Positions 8,612 to 18,742 of a stretch of 64,000 nt of DNA are shown piece by piece (within the stretch, counting starts at the first letter, position 1; each line of letters starts with the position of its first letter). Origin of the DNA: a virus (lineage: Duplodnaviria > Caudoviricetes). The position numbers and the translations under genes were made by a program. The notes beneath the pieces are model-generated. The model made no database searches, was not told where the DNA came from, and saw nothing but the letters and a program-made list of their open reading frames with translations. Location of the stretch: IMG/VR virus record IMGVR_UViG_3300035208_002115, one strand, 5' to 3'.

Positions 8612-11110
8612 ATGAAAAGCCAAGAGAATTATTTAACAGATAAAAAAACAAAAAATTCTGTTAATAAAAGAAACCGTGTAATTGGCAAAAAGGTTTCATT
8701 AAAAAAATCATCAAAAAGGGTTATTAGAAAATCCAATATAATTGGTGAGTCAATATCCAATGAAGAAACTACTAAAGTCACTTTGCGTAAAAATAAAAAA
8801 GGTAACGTGAAGAAAATTTTAGATGGAAAAAAAATAACTGGAAAATTACATAAAAGTGATATTTCAGTCATTAATGTAGAAAAATCTGAAAGTAAACGTG
8901 GTAGGGGTAGACCAACAGGTAGTTTAAATAAAAAAACATTACTCAAATTATCTTCTACACCCCAAATTTCAAAAATAAAACGGGAACGGGGTAGACCCAA
9001 AGGAAGTCTTAATAAGAAAACTTTAGAAAATCTGGAAAAGAATATTCCAGAAATTAAGGTGATGCGAGATAGGGGAAGACCTAAAGGTAGTCTTAACAAA
9101 AAAACTATCGAAAAATTGAAATCAGAACCTGTCGTGATGAAGGTGAAACGAGACAAAGGAAGACCTAAAGGGTCATTGAATAAAAAAACAATTCTTAAAA
9201 TGCAAAACCCTGAAACAATAAATAAGGAAAAACGTGAAAGGGGTAGACCAAAGGGAAGTTTAAATAAAAAAACTTTATTGTCTAAAAAATCAGAAACAAT
9301 TAAAATGGGTTACATGCGCCCACCAGAAAGTATTATTAAAAAGCATGTTTTATTACCTGTTATTGAAGAAAAAACTCGTACTTTACTTTCTGAATCAATT
9401 CACATCCCAAAGAAATCATTATCTGTTGATTTAATAGATAAACTTAATGAATTGGAAGATTATTCTAAGGCTCATTTCATTCAATCTGTTTCTTTTTCGC
9501 AAAAACAAGTCATGTCATTATTTAATGATTCAATCACCTTTGATTATTATCAGAGAGAATATGTCTGGGGAAAAGATGAGATTGATGTTTATATTGATTC
9601 ATTGATAAAGAATTATAGATATAAACGAATTACAAATATTGGTTCTATCGTAATTGATAAGAAAAATGATAAGCTGTCTATTATTGATGGGCAACAAAGA
9701 TTGACGACTCAGCTCTTAATTTATGTTATTCAATTTAATTATTTGAATAAGATAAAGAACACTATTAATAGTGAAGAATTCAAAACTTTTTCTATTATAT
9801 ATGGTATCTTGAATAAAATATTAACGAACCTTAATTTCGTTAAAAATCAAGACCAAAAGGTTTACACCGATGTGTTTAAATACATCAATGAAAACTACGA
9901 ACAAATAGTTCTTCTAAATGATTACGGTAAATTCAGTGACTACTATTATAAAGATTTTTCAGTTTATAATATTTTAAATAAACTGAATTTTATTTGTAAT
10001 GAATATGGGAACAAAATATTGGACTTGAAATTCATTTTTTATAGTTTAATGAATATATCATGTGAAGCTGGTGTATTAGACGAAAGCATCAATGCTAATG
10101 ATGTTTTTATTACATTGAATACCTCAACTAAAAAATTGAACAATTATGAGTTGACCAAATCAATATTACTTAATCATTTTAATGATGAACCAGAGTTACA
10201 AAAAGAAATAAGCCATAAATTTTATCAGGCTTCTTCGTATTTGAACATTCTCGGAAAGACCTCATCCATTCAGGATTCATCAGAATTGACATTTCAATAT
10301 TTTTTACGGATGCGCTATAAAATAAAAGGTAGTAACTACCGTGAACATTTGGAAAACTTAATTGATGATGGCGGTAAAAAATTTATCATAAAACTTATTG
10401 ATGAGTATTTTATTGTTTCTACCTACATCAAATCTATTTTTGAAGATTCTAAGAATAGGTCTATTAAAATAACCTTAGAAATTATCAAACGTGTTTTTGG
10501 TGGTAGTTCGAATATCCACATGAATCTTCCTATTGCTGTTTCACTTTATTTCTATGACCATGATATAGAAATGAAGGACATTACAAATATTCAAAGAAAA
10601 GAATTGAAAGAATTATATCTTTATTTCCTTGAATACACAGTAATTATGGGTTTATGTGCCGTTGGTATCAGAGACCACCACAAGGATAAAAACAATGAAG
10701 TTGTAGCATATTCTCAAAATATTCTCAAAAAAGGAATTATGGGGGGTGTAAACTACTTCAAGAAAAAAATACAAGAGAACACACAGGATGTCATTGATGA
10801 TTATGTAGATAACAAAAAATCATCCATATATTTGAAGTCAAAAAACGTCAAATTTAAACTCGGTGAAAAAACACTTGACCCGAAATTATATGACATTTTA
10901 ACTTCATTTCAAAATATCGACAATAAAATCACATTGGATGTAATGGTATCTAACATATTGAAAATGATGGTTGATAAGTCATCTGAAAAAGAAATTTCTA
11001 AACATAATGTAAAACAAAGTTTGGAACTTTCGAAGATTAATGAAAATTTTTCTACATTTGTTAGGGAGTTTAATAATATAAAAGACTTCAATGGAAAAAT
11101 CATCATTTAA
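8612..11110 (+). CDS. AT-hook repeat + DUF262 (ParB/Srx-like, GmrS-type) protein
   Basis: 5x (R/K)GRP(K/T)GSLNKKT; DUF262 motifs YQREYVW, IIDGQQRLTT, FITLN; ATG at 8612 preferred over TTG 8603. Confidence 0.8.
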   Translation: MKSQENYLTDKKTKNSVNKRNRVIGKKVSLKKSSKRVIRKSNIIGESISNEETTKVTLRKNKKGNVKKILDGKKITGKLHKSDISVINVEKSESKRGRGRPTGSLNKKTLLKLSSTPQISKIKRERGRPKGSLNKKTLENLEKNIPEIKVMRDRGRPKGSLNKKTIEKLKSEPVVMKVKRDKGRPKGSLNKKTILKMQNPETINKEKRERGRPKGSLNKKTLLSKKSETIKMGYMRPPESIIKKHVLLPVIEEKTRTLLSESIHIPKKSLSVDLIDKLNELEDYSKAHFIQSVSFSQKQVMSLFNDSITFDYYQREYVWGKDEIDVYIDSLIKNYRYKRITNIGSIVIDKKNDKLSIIDGQQRLTTQLLIYVIQFNYLNKIKNTINSEEFKTFSIIYGILNKILTNLNFVKNQDQKVYTDVFKYINENYEQIVLLNDYGKFSDYYYKDFSVYNILNKLNFICNEYGNKILDLKFIFYSLMNISCEAGVLDESINANDVFITLNTSTKKLNNYELTKSILLNHFNDEPELQKEISHKFYQASSYLNILGKTSSIQDSSELTFQYFLRMRYKIKGSNYREHLENLIDDGGKKFIIKLIDEYFIVSTYIKSIFEDSKNRSIKITLEIIKRVFGGSSNIHMNLPIAVSLYFYDHDIEMKDITNIQRKELKELYLYFLEYTVIMGLCAVGIRDHHKDKNNEVVAYSQNILKKGIMGGVNYFKKKIQENTQDVIDDYVDNKKSSIYLKSKNVKFKLGEKTLDPKLYDILTSFQNIDNKITLDVMVSNILKMMVDKSSEKEISKHNVKQSLELSKINENFSTFVREFNNIKDFNGKIII
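8897..9277 (+). repeat. Five in-frame AT-hook repeats, exact 84-nt period
   Basis: Units start at 8897, 8981, 9065, 9149 and 9233. Confidence 0.95.
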
Positions 11111-11128
11111 TCTTAATCATGTGTCTTT

Positions 11129-11608
11129 ATGGAAAATACTGGCAACACTATCATCAAGTTGTTAAATTATCTAAACGAGCGTGACGAAAACTCACGCTCG
11201 TTTCTCAACAACCGACCTAAACAAAATCAAAACACTGAAACCCTGTTAGATGTATTAAAAAAAGAAAAATTTCTTATTGACTTTACCCCTAAAAACAGGA
11301 TTATCAATTCTTGGTTAAAAACCCAAGGAATCGTTAAACCCGACTTACTTGTTCTAAAAAACAGTGTATTATTTCCAACTTACACTAAGTTTTCTAAATT
11401 ATGTTACTTCACTAATCTAAATCTGGATTATCAAATTATCGATTTCTATTTAATAGTACCGCTTTTCCTTCTTAAAAAAGAAGTGGAAATAGCGGATGAT
11501 ATTATAGGTAATTTACATATTGCTCGTTTAGAAAATTTAATTGGTATACTTGATTGTTGGGTGAATAGGAAGGATATAATTCTGCAAAAGTTTTATAATC
11601 AAAATTAA
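11129..11608 (+). CDS. Hypothetical protein
   Basis: ORF track; directly follows the DUF262 gene. Confidence 0.55.
   Translation: MENTGNTIIKLLNYLNERDENSRSFLNNRPKQNQNTETLLDVLKKEKFLIDFTPKNRIINSWLKTQGIVKPDLLVLKNSVLFPTYTKFSKLCYFTNLNLDYQIIDFYLIVPLFLLKKEVEIADDIIGNLHIARLENLIGILDCWVNRKDIILQKFYNQN
11173..11203. terminator. Perfect 12-bp GC-rich hairpin inside ORF 11129
   Basis: AAACGAGCGTGA-cgaaaac-TCACGCTCGTTT. Confidence 0.5.
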
Positions 11609-12435
11609 CCTTTTAAAAAAGCATTGTATTCTGGTGTATTATAATCACCAGTTTTATAATTATTCTCACAAAAATTTTCTGGATGGGTAGCAGGTATTGT
11701 TACCCATTCTAATTTTTTAATAGAATCTTTAAAGATACCATAACTGGTGTGACCAAAATTTCCCATATCATCTATTTGAGCAAAATCGTTTATTATAATA
11801 CCATCATACCCCTTATCTTGTACTGATTTAAACCAATCTAATTTATGATAATCTAAATCGGTTAAATCGCCTTCTCTTTCACCTCCTAATGTTGTATCAT
11901 AAAATTTAATAGGTTCTTTAGCTGTTAATATAAACAGTCTACCATAATTTTTTTCTGATGGTAATAAAATTTTATTTTTATTTTTACTACTGGCATAAAT
12001 TATCCAAAAATCATAATTTTTTTCTTGGAATTCCTTTTCTTTTAATAATTGATAAATTTCTTCTTCTGTTGGTAATGAAGCTTTCCCATGCCAACCTTTT
12101 GGTGCATAAAAAGATTTAGGTCGATTTATTTCATCCCATTCAACTTTATTCATGTTATATTCAAATCCGAGATGTTTTTGTAAATCTTGAATAATTTCAT
12201 TTTTAGATGGATTGGCAACCGTTCTTGATGATACATAAATAGTCAGGCCAGCTTTTGGTATATAAGATTGTGCAATAGCTGGTTCTTTTGTTGTCCACAA
12301 AATTTTATCATAACCACCAACTGTTAAATCAGCTTCAATAAAATTTTCGAGCGAACCATGAAATAATCTTCCACCTTTTGGGATTGTCGCAACATGCGAA
12401 ATTTCCTCATTTATATAACATTTAAAAGATTTCAT
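11605..12435 (-). CDS. ADP-ribosyltransferase-like protein (ART-PolyVal-like) with capsid-targeting-like N-terminus
   Basis: LFHGS, LWTTKEPAIAQSY, KGYDGIII motifs; N-terminus MKSFKCYINEE (ATG 12435). Confidence 0.6.
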   Translation of the reverse strand: MKSFKCYINEEISHVATIPKGGRLFHGSLENFIEADLTVGGYDKILWTTKEPAIAQSYIPKAGLTIYVSSRTVANPSKNEIIQDLQKHLGFEYNMNKVEWDEINRPKSFYAPKGWHGKASLPTEEEIYQLLKEKEFQEKNYDFWIIYASSKNKNKILLPSEKNYGRLFILTAKEPIKFYDTTLGGEREGDLTDLDYHKLDWFKSVQDKGYDGIIINDFAQIDDMGNFGHTSYGIFKDSIKKLEWVTIPATHPENFCENNYKTGDYNTPEYNAFLKG

Positions 12436-12947
12436 GTTATCTTCCAATTATTATTTTTAAGATAACTTTTATAAATAAAAATAATTTTATCAATAAGTGT
12501 GTTTTCGGTATAAGTTTCATGTATCAAATCAAACACCACCACATCATTTAATTCTATTTTAATATTGGAATTTTTTTTGATATCTAATGTGTATGTACCT
12601 TTAATTATATCTGATGTGTTCATTTGTATTATTAATTCGGTATATTTTAATAAATAAGTATCTTCTTTATTAAAAAAACCCTTTATCGAAACTGGTCGGA
12701 TGTTTTTTGTTTTATATTTTTTAGCCAATAAAGTTAACTCATCTTTTAATTTATTAATTAATTCATCATCCGCACCATCAACAGTGACAACTATATATTT
12801 AGGTAATTTAACACTTTTATCAATAGTCATAGTAATATCGGGTTCTATTTGAACTTGCGTTGTACCCGATTGAACTTGCGTTGTACCCGATTGAACTTGG
12901 ACTAATTCACTTTCAAATATTCTAAAAGATTTTATTGTGTTAAACAT
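12432..12947 (-). CDS. Hypothetical protein, CTS-like N-terminus
   Basis: MFNTIKSFRIFESE; TAATATATAA upstream. Confidence 0.7.
   Translation of the reverse strand: MFNTIKSFRIFESELVQVQSGTTQVQSGTTQVQIEPDITMTIDKSVKLPKYIVVTVDGADDELINKLKDELTLLAKKYKTKNIRPVSIKGFFNKEDTYLLKYTELIIQMNTSDIIKGTYTLDIKKNSNIKIELNDVVVFDLIHETYTENTLIDKIIFIYKSYLKNNNWKIT
12849..12899. repeat. 21-bp tandem repeat (2.4 copies), encodes QVQSGTT
   Basis: ttgaacttgcgttgtacccga x2 + ttgaacttg. Confidence 0.95.
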
Positions 12948-13070
12948 TATAATATAACATATTTTTTTGAGTCTCGTATAAGCTTATATATTAAAATAAA
13001 TGTTGTACAATTTTTTTTATAATATTTATAGTATTATTTTTGACCTATAAACCAATAAAAAATATTTAAT

Positions 13071-14522
13071 ATGAATAAAAATTTAATCCTTATCGTCTTC
13101 ACAATGATTATAGTAGCTCTCGTTTCTATATCATGTGAAAAGGATTTTGATGATATATCAAATCCGAAAGTTCCTGAAGATTCTACTATTGTTGTTATCA
13201 ATCCTATTGATACAATAACTATTGATACTACTCCTGTTATTACAATCGTACCTAAAGTATTTGTACCTGCCCGAAAACTTTCTATTGGTAATTCATTTGC
13301 TTTAGTTGGTTATAGTAAATCAATGTTTAAAAGCGCAAATGACATTATAGACGAAACTGGTAGTGCCGATGGTTTATTCCAATTAATTTATGATAATGCT
13401 GGAAACCCAATTGCTGATACCGTTTATACTTTAGGTGAAAATGACAGTATATCTGTTGGTAATGAAATTTATGTTTCCGATATTTTGGATTTAAATAATG
13501 GACACGTTTTATTAAAAGGTTCATTTAAATTCGTTCTTGATACCCTTGGTAATACTAAATCAAAACATGACCTTATCGTAAGAAAAAGTGATGGTTATAT
13601 TGTTAACTATGATGATAATGACCAAGAATATATTATCGATAAACAGTTTAAGAATGAAAAAGTAAGAAATCTATCTAATGGCGATGTTCTTTATTCATCT
13701 TTCGATAACACCAGTTTTACAATTGATAAACTCGAAATCGGTTCAGAAAATATTAATACCGAATCTGTTGTTAATGATTATACATGGTATTTTTCCACCG
13801 ACAATAATAACAATGTAGTGTATTATGAAGAATACACATATAATCTTAAAATAAAACACGCCAATGGTTTAATTGAATTAGTTGGTAACAGACAAGATGC
13901 CGTTAATGATACTTTAAGATATTGGGATTTCTATACTAACGATTTAAATGAGATATATCTTATAGCTTTCACTGGAAACATTAATATGCATTATTATATT
14001 TACAAAATAAATATAGCCAGTAACTCATATAGTCTTGAATTGGTTAACAATTTCAATGCTGAACAGAATCTGGCTAATGTTTCTTTCCAGAACAATGGTG
14101 GTTCAAATTTAGTTTATAATCTAAGTAAAGGTGATGCCACTACTTTTGTAACCTATGACGAATCAAATATTGTATGGGTCAATGCTCACAATAACGCATG
14201 GGAAAAAAGAGTTCTATTCAATCTTACAACTATATCTGAAAAGATTATAACTGTAAACTCTGATGATTTTGTTTATATGACTATAAATAATAGCGTATTA
14301 AAAATTTCTATATCAACAGGTAATAAAACAAATGATTATTTTCATAACTCAGATTATACCATTACTTCAATTTCGACAACTTCTGACGATTATTTAACGA
14401 TAGCTTCTGTAAGGAATTCAGACAATGCAAATGTTGTTTGGTCTGTTTCTCCAAGTGGTTCGGCTGAAATAGTTAGCGAAGTTCTTGTCAATGTTGTAAG
14501 TGCTGTTGAAAACATTGAATAA
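13071..14522 (+). CDS. Secreted lipoprotein, beta-rich (propeller-like)
   Basis: Signal peptide with lipobox ...LVSIS-C followed by acidic EKDFDD; TATTTTTG at 13035-13042. Confidence 0.75.
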   Translation: MNKNLILIVFTMIIVALVSISCEKDFDDISNPKVPEDSTIVVINPIDTITIDTTPVITIVPKVFVPARKLSIGNSFALVGYSKSMFKSANDIIDETGSADGLFQLIYDNAGNPIADTVYTLGENDSISVGNEIYVSDILDLNNGHVLLKGSFKFVLDTLGNTKSKHDLIVRKSDGYIVNYDDNDQEYIIDKQFKNEKVRNLSNGDVLYSSFDNTSFTIDKLEIGSENINTESVVNDYTWYFSTDNNNNVVYYEEYTYNLKIKHANGLIELVGNRQDAVNDTLRYWDFYTNDLNEIYLIAFTGNINMHYYIYKINIASNSYSLELVNNFNAEQNLANVSFQNNGGSNLVYNLSKGDATTFVTYDESNIVWVNAHNNAWEKRVLFNLTTISEKIITVNSDDFVYMTINNSVLKISISTGNKTNDYFHNSDYTITSISTTSDDYLTIASVRNSDNANVVWSVSPSGSAEIVSEVLVNVVSAVENIE

Positions 14523-14560
14523 ACCAAAAGAAATCCGTTTTTAGTATCCGTTTTTAAATG

Positions 14561-14590
14561 AAAAAACCAGTCGCTATTGACTGGTTTTTT
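14561..14590. terminator. Bidirectional rho-independent terminator
   Basis: aaaaaaCCAGTC-gctatt-GACTGGtttttt between convergent genes. Confidence 0.9.
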
Positions 14591-15067
14591 TTATCGGTTT
14601 AATATATCAATCCCTACTTCCACATCTTCACTCGTTAAACCATAATTATCATCCACCGCTATGAAATTCTTTAGTTCTATATCTTCATCATCATATATTA
14701 AATGTCTATCAGGTTCACCATTTTTTGCCACCCATTGCATTATTTCTTCACTTCTATCGGCTTTTAATGTAACGGGTGTAATTCCAATAATATTACCTTT
14801 AATTCCCCGTGAATTAAATAATTCTTGTAAATAAGCCAATCCTTCGATTCTATTAGATGAGGTCACTACTATATCAGCTTGTGTATTATCTATCAATTTA
14901 TTGATGTTATTAACGCAAATAGGGTCAAAATAAATTCCCATACTATCACTCATAAAACTAACTTTAGATTTATCAGTGAATATTTTACTTAGAATAAAAT
15001 CGTAAGTCTTTTTAAAATTCTTACTAATTAATACACCATCAATATCCAAAAATACTATTTTCTTCAC
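14591..15067 (-). CDS. HAD-superfamily hydrolase (Swiss-army-knife RNA-repair type)
   Basis: VFLDIDGVL, VVTSSNR, IYDD motifs. Confidence 0.85.
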   Translation of the reverse strand: MKKIVFLDIDGVLISKNFKKTYDFILSKIFTDKSKVSFMSDSMGIYFDPICVNNINKLIDNTQADIVVTSSNRIEGLAYLQELFNSRGIKGNIIGITPVTLKADRSEEIMQWVAKNGEPDRHLIYDDEDIELKNFIAVDDNYGLTSEDVEVGIDILNR

Positions 15068-15093
15068 GTAATTAAAATTATTTTTTGTTACGT

Positions 15094-15516
15094 CTATTTA
15101 TGACGTTTATTTTTAATAATGTTTATATAATTTTCAAATGGTTTAAATAAATTATCAGGTAATTCATTAATATCACAAAAATCCCATTCACCAATTTTAT
15201 CTGGTTCTTTTGTTTCTGGAATGCCACTCCATTTTTTAGCAATAAAATATAATGTTATATAATGTTTATTTGTTTCTGTAAAAAAATTATTTACAAAGAT
15301 ATCTGGTTTAAGAGATTCTATAATAATACCTGTTTCTTCTTTAGTTTCTCTAATGACACAATCTTCTGGCGTTTCAAATTTTTCGAGGTGTCCGCCCGGT
15401 ATTGACCATGTTCCCTGACCATGCTCTGATACTCTACGACCAATTAATATCTTACCTGTTTTATCTTTAATAATAACAGCTACACCGACTCGTGGATATA
15501 TAAAATCATCAAACAT
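15094..15516 (-). CDS. NUDIX hydrolase (NUDT15/MutT-like)
   Basis: Nudix box GGHLEKFETPEDCVIRETKEETG. Confidence 0.95.
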   Translation of the reverse strand: MFDDFIYPRVGVAVIIKDKTGKILIGRRVSEHGQGTWSIPGGHLEKFETPEDCVIRETKEETGIIIESLKPDIFVNNFFTETNKHYITLYFIAKKWSGIPETKEPDKIGEWDFCDINELPDNLFKPFENYINIIKNKRHK

Positions 15517-15521
15517 TTTAA

Positions 15522-15929
15522 CTATTCTATTTCAATTGTTTCTAATTCAGAAAAATATTCTTTGTAATGTTCAACGAGTTCTTCAAGAGAATAAAATATT
15601 GGTTTTTCCCACTCAGTAGCCCAGACAACTTCCCTATCTGCACCATCAGATTTACCACCCAATCTTAAAAGACAATCAGATTTGAAAACATGTATCTTAT
15701 CAATTTGCATCCAAATTTCATATGTCAGGGGATAAACTATTTGTTGTAAATGTGGATGTAATGGGGAAATTGGGAAAAATCCTAATTTTAATAAATCGTT
15801 GAAAACATCCATTTGGAATTTAACATTGTACGTCACATCTCCAGTTGTGTATGGAGAAGCAATATACACTTGAATATTCTTAGATAAGTCTTTTATAAAT
15901 CTCATTATACTTGTTTGTTTTGATATCAT
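15522..15929 (-). CDS. Nucleoside deoxyribosyltransferase-like protein (DUF1937/DUF4406 type)
   Basis: VYIASPYT, FPISP, SDGADREV motifs. Confidence 0.7.
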   Translation of the reverse strand: MISKQTSIMRFIKDLSKNIQVYIASPYTTGDVTYNVKFQMDVFNDLLKLGFFPISPLHPHLQQIVYPLTYEIWMQIDKIHVFKSDCLLRLGGKSDGADREVVWATEWEKPIFYSLEELVEHYKEYFSELETIEIE

Positions 15930-15958
15930 ATATAACCCAAAACAAAAAAAGTTGTGAT

Positions 15959-16147
15959 TTACTCACAACTTTTTCCAAATATTTCTTCTATTTTCTTTTT
16001 TCGCTCAAATGAAATGTTTTTCTTCTCAAATTTCTTTTCGAGTTTTTCTAAATATTTATAAGCTTCGACTTGGGTTCTAAAATAATTATCACCAAAAACC
16101 CACAAACCACAATCCGAATTATATTCAACATAACTATAATCAAACAT
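15959..16147 (-). CDS. Small protein with C-terminal RxxKI tag
   Basis: Ends ERKKKIEEIFG. Confidence 0.65.
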   Translation of the reverse strand: MFDYSYVEYNSDCGLWVFGDNYFRTQVEAYKYLEKLEKKFEKKNISFERKKKIEEIFGKSCE

Positions 16148-16475
16148 ATTTTTTCCAAGTATATATTTTTCTACTATTTAAATAATCCAAATCCTTTTCA
16201 TTTAATTTGGCTTCTTTTTCAAATGGAATAGCTCGATAGGCCACCGTATTGTTAACGAAATATTTTCTCAATTTAAAAAAATAATAAACATATAAAATAT
16301 AAAACCCAATGAGTAATAATTCTTTTTGTTGAACTAAATGTATTTTTTCATGGTTTAATAATATTTTATTATCTAAGTCCTCTTTATGTCGTATTAATAT
16401 AAAAGGATAGAATGTTATAGCTCTGGCAAACCCAGATGTTATAAATTTAACAAAACGTTCAGCGTAAATTATCAT
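16140..16475 (-). CDS. HExxH-containing membrane-associated protein
   Basis: AITFYPFI, LNHEKIH, IPFEKEA. Confidence 0.7.
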   Translation of the reverse strand: MIIYAERFVKFITSGFARAITFYPFILIRHKEDLDNKILLNHEKIHLVQQKELLLIGFYILYVYYFFKLRKYFVNNTVAYRAIPFEKEAKLNEKDLDYLNSRKIYTWKKYV

Positions 16476-16495
16476 AATAGTTTTTATACTATATA

Positions 16496-16990
16496 TTATT
16501 CAAATAAATTTTCTATTTTAATAATATTCTGTGGACTTCTTCTCTCATCAAATATTTCAGATATCTTATCCATTCTAACTTTTTTGATGTCTTTATCATT
16601 GAAATATTCAAACCCAGAACATGTGTAAATAACTTTAGTATATCTTATATCACTGCTTTTACTATAATCCAAATCGAAAAATCCAGAATATCCAGTGAAA
16701 CAAAATTCATGAACTATAAAATAGTACATTATACTCCCGTCTTTTTGATGAAAATTAATTTTAACACCAATAGGTTTATCAATATATTTATTAAGTATTT
16801 CAAATGGATAATAAATATTATTTTTAGTGTCATAATTTTCATTAAACATATAATTATGAGACATTTTAGTTAGTGAGCTTGACAATTTATCACCGTCATC
16901 TATACTAAATATAACATCAAAAATATTAGCATATATAGGGTCACCATATCCAAAGCTTGCACCAACACTACTAAAATGAGGTAATGGCAT
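16496..16990 (-). CDS. Possible tail-tube-like paralog with RxxKI tag
   Basis: N-terminus MPLPHF...DPIYANIFDV resembles large-phage tube proteins (inference); RMDKISEIF. Confidence 0.5.
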   Translation of the reverse strand: MPLPHFSSVGASFGYGDPIYANIFDVIFSIDDGDKLSSSLTKMSHNYMFNENYDTKNNIYYPFEILNKYIDKPIGVKINFHQKDGSIMYYFIVHEFCFTGYSGFFDLDYSKSSDIRYTKVIYTCSGFEYFNDKDIKKVRMDKISEIFDERRSPQNIIKIENLFE

Positions 16991-16993
16991 ATT

Positions 16994-17605
16994 TTAATCC
17001 ACTTTTTTTAATTCAAATTTTTCATCGAAAATTTGAATAACTTCTTTTCCAACAAAATGATTAACATCCTTAGAATCCGTTATGTCATCAATTTTATCCA
17101 TTCTGGCTCTGTTAATATCACAATTTTCAAATACAAAACCTGAGAATGTATAAAATACTTTTATATCTTCTCTATTATCATCATTTATATAATTAAATAG
17201 ATTACTTTTTATATTTTTTAATTCTTCTTCATCTTCGATTTTTATATCTCTATCATCACATTCATCAAGTATAGTATCATTGAAGAACCCAAATAAATTA
17301 AGATAAGATGTAAATTTGAAATTTTTTAGATGAATTTTAAACATTGGTTCTTCTTCACCATCGTTAAAATATTCAAAATATACATCAATATCTTTATTAA
17401 GAACATTATTAATAAGTTCAAATGGTATAATTATTTTTTTCTCATTACAATAACCAAATTTGAACTTAAACCATTTTGAAGTATGTCCAATACAAGCCAA
17501 TGATAATAAATCACCATCATCTATATCAAATCTAACATTATATTTATCTATTTCTCCGATGTCATATTTTTCATCATTGACATTATAATCTGGTAAAAAC
17601 TCCAT
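16994..17605 (-). CDS. Paralog of 16496..16990
   Basis: Shared IDDGDxLS, PFE, FxFTxY, YTxSGF and RMDKI blocks. Confidence 0.7.
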   Translation of the reverse strand: MEFLPDYNVNDEKYDIGEIDKYNVRFDIDDGDLLSLACIGHTSKWFKFKFGYCNEKKIIIPFELINNVLNKDIDVYFEYFNDGEEEPMFKIHLKNFKFTSYLNLFGFFNDTILDECDDRDIKIEDEEELKNIKSNLFNYINDDNREDIKVFYTFSGFVFENCDINRARMDKIDDITDSKDVNHFVGKEVIQIFDEKFELKKVD

Positions 17606-17609
17606 AATT

Positions 17610-18140
17610 TTATAATTTTAAATGTTTATTCACTCTATAATATAAAACATAAACCAGTGGGTCTTCTGCCTTATCAACATTCTTTGACCAAACACATTCA
17701 GCCTTTCTTTCCAATTCAGAACCATCCCCCTTTGCTATTTCACGTTTTAAATCAGACACATCAACTGTAAAATAATAATAAACTGTATCTGAACTTTTAG
17801 AACCAAATGATGTACCCAGAGCAACTAAATCTTTTTGAGATACTGTGTAACCAGCTTCCTCTAAAATTTCATGTTGAGCCGTTTCTAATACATCATCCTT
17901 TTCAACTCCACCAGTTATACTGGAAATAATTTGTTTGTCTGTATGCCAAGGTGGTGTGACTTCTTTTCTCAATAGGTATTCCACACCATCTTTGGTTTTT
18001 TTATAAGGCATGATTGAAACAATCTTGCCACCACATCTCTTTTCATGGGAATATACATATCCATTTATATCTTTTTCTGGATATTTCAAAAGGTTTAATG
18101 TTAACCATTCGTTGTCCTTTAATACTTCTATACTTTTCAC
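17610..18140 (-). CDS. NUDIX hydrolase (divergent)
   Basis: GGVEKDDVLETAQHEILEEAGY. Confidence 0.8.
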   Translation of the reverse strand: MKSIEVLKDNEWLTLNLLKYPEKDINGYVYSHEKRCGGKIVSIMPYKKTKDGVEYLLRKEVTPPWHTDKQIISSITGGVEKDDVLETAQHEILEEAGYTVSQKDLVALGTSFGSKSSDTVYYYFTVDVSDLKREIAKGDGSELERKAECVWSKNVDKAEDPLVYVLYYRVNKHLKL

Positions 18141-18215
18141 GCATAATATATTGTTTTTTATACTATAAATCTAATCAATTATAGTTTTTTGTATATATAA
18201 TGATGTATAGGTTCT

Positions 18216-18383
18216 TTAATCATTACAAGAACAAAATTTTTTAAACCCAATTGGTTCATATGGACTACTTCTTCTATCAATTTCCAAACCACACCTCGGA
18301 CAAGGTTGATTTAAACCCATACCGAGTTGACTCAAATCATATGGATTATGATATGTTTTACCTGTTAGTTTATTCCGTTTCAT
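18216..18383 (-). CDS. Small zinc-finger protein (55 aa)
   Basis: Manual translation with CPRCG...CSC; start overlaps upstream stop (ATGA). Confidence 0.6.
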   Translation of the reverse strand: MKRNKLTGKTYHNPYDLSQLGMGLNQPCPRCGLEIDRRSSPYEPIGFKKFCSCND

Positions 18384-18742
18384 AATATATCGTTAAATAT
18401 TTCTTTTATTTTTTCTTTTCTTATATCAGATACAGTAACCATATAGTCTGTTATTACGGTCTCATTTTGTTTTTCAATATATCTTCTTAATTGATATAAA
18501 CAATTCCGAACAACTGTATCAAAACATGAACCACCCATTAAACAAACGGTTTCATCTGAAACTTCTTTTTTCAGAATCTCAATTCCATCTTGTTCAAATA
18601 ATAAAACTTTATCAGATTCCACATTATACAAAACATATTTATGTTTATTAGATTGAATTATATGGAGAATGTTTAATTTCTTTTCTGAAGAAGTATTAAT
18701 CCTGTAAGGAAGTTTATACAATTTTTTTAATAAATTAATCAT
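18380..18742 (-). CDS. Hypothetical protein with RxxKI tag
   Basis: Ends IRKEKIKEIFNDIL; ATG 18742 preferred. Confidence 0.7.
   Translation of the reverse strand: MINLLKKLYKLPYRINTSSEKKLNILHIIQSNKHKYVLYNVESDKVLLFEQDGIEILKKEVSDETVCLMGGSCFDTVVRNCLYQLRRYIEKQNETVITDYMVTVSDIRKEKIKEIFNDIL

Noticed and set aside
8897-9277. 84-nt periodic repeat as CRISPR or other DNA-level repeat
   Set aside because: Units vary at synonymous positions and lie in frame; they are protein AT-hook repeats.
1839-11106. Antisense ORFs in the track (e.g. 2074, 2946, 4488, 5155, 5758, 6909, 8629, 10909)
   Set aside because: Shadows of well-supported genes on the opposite strand.
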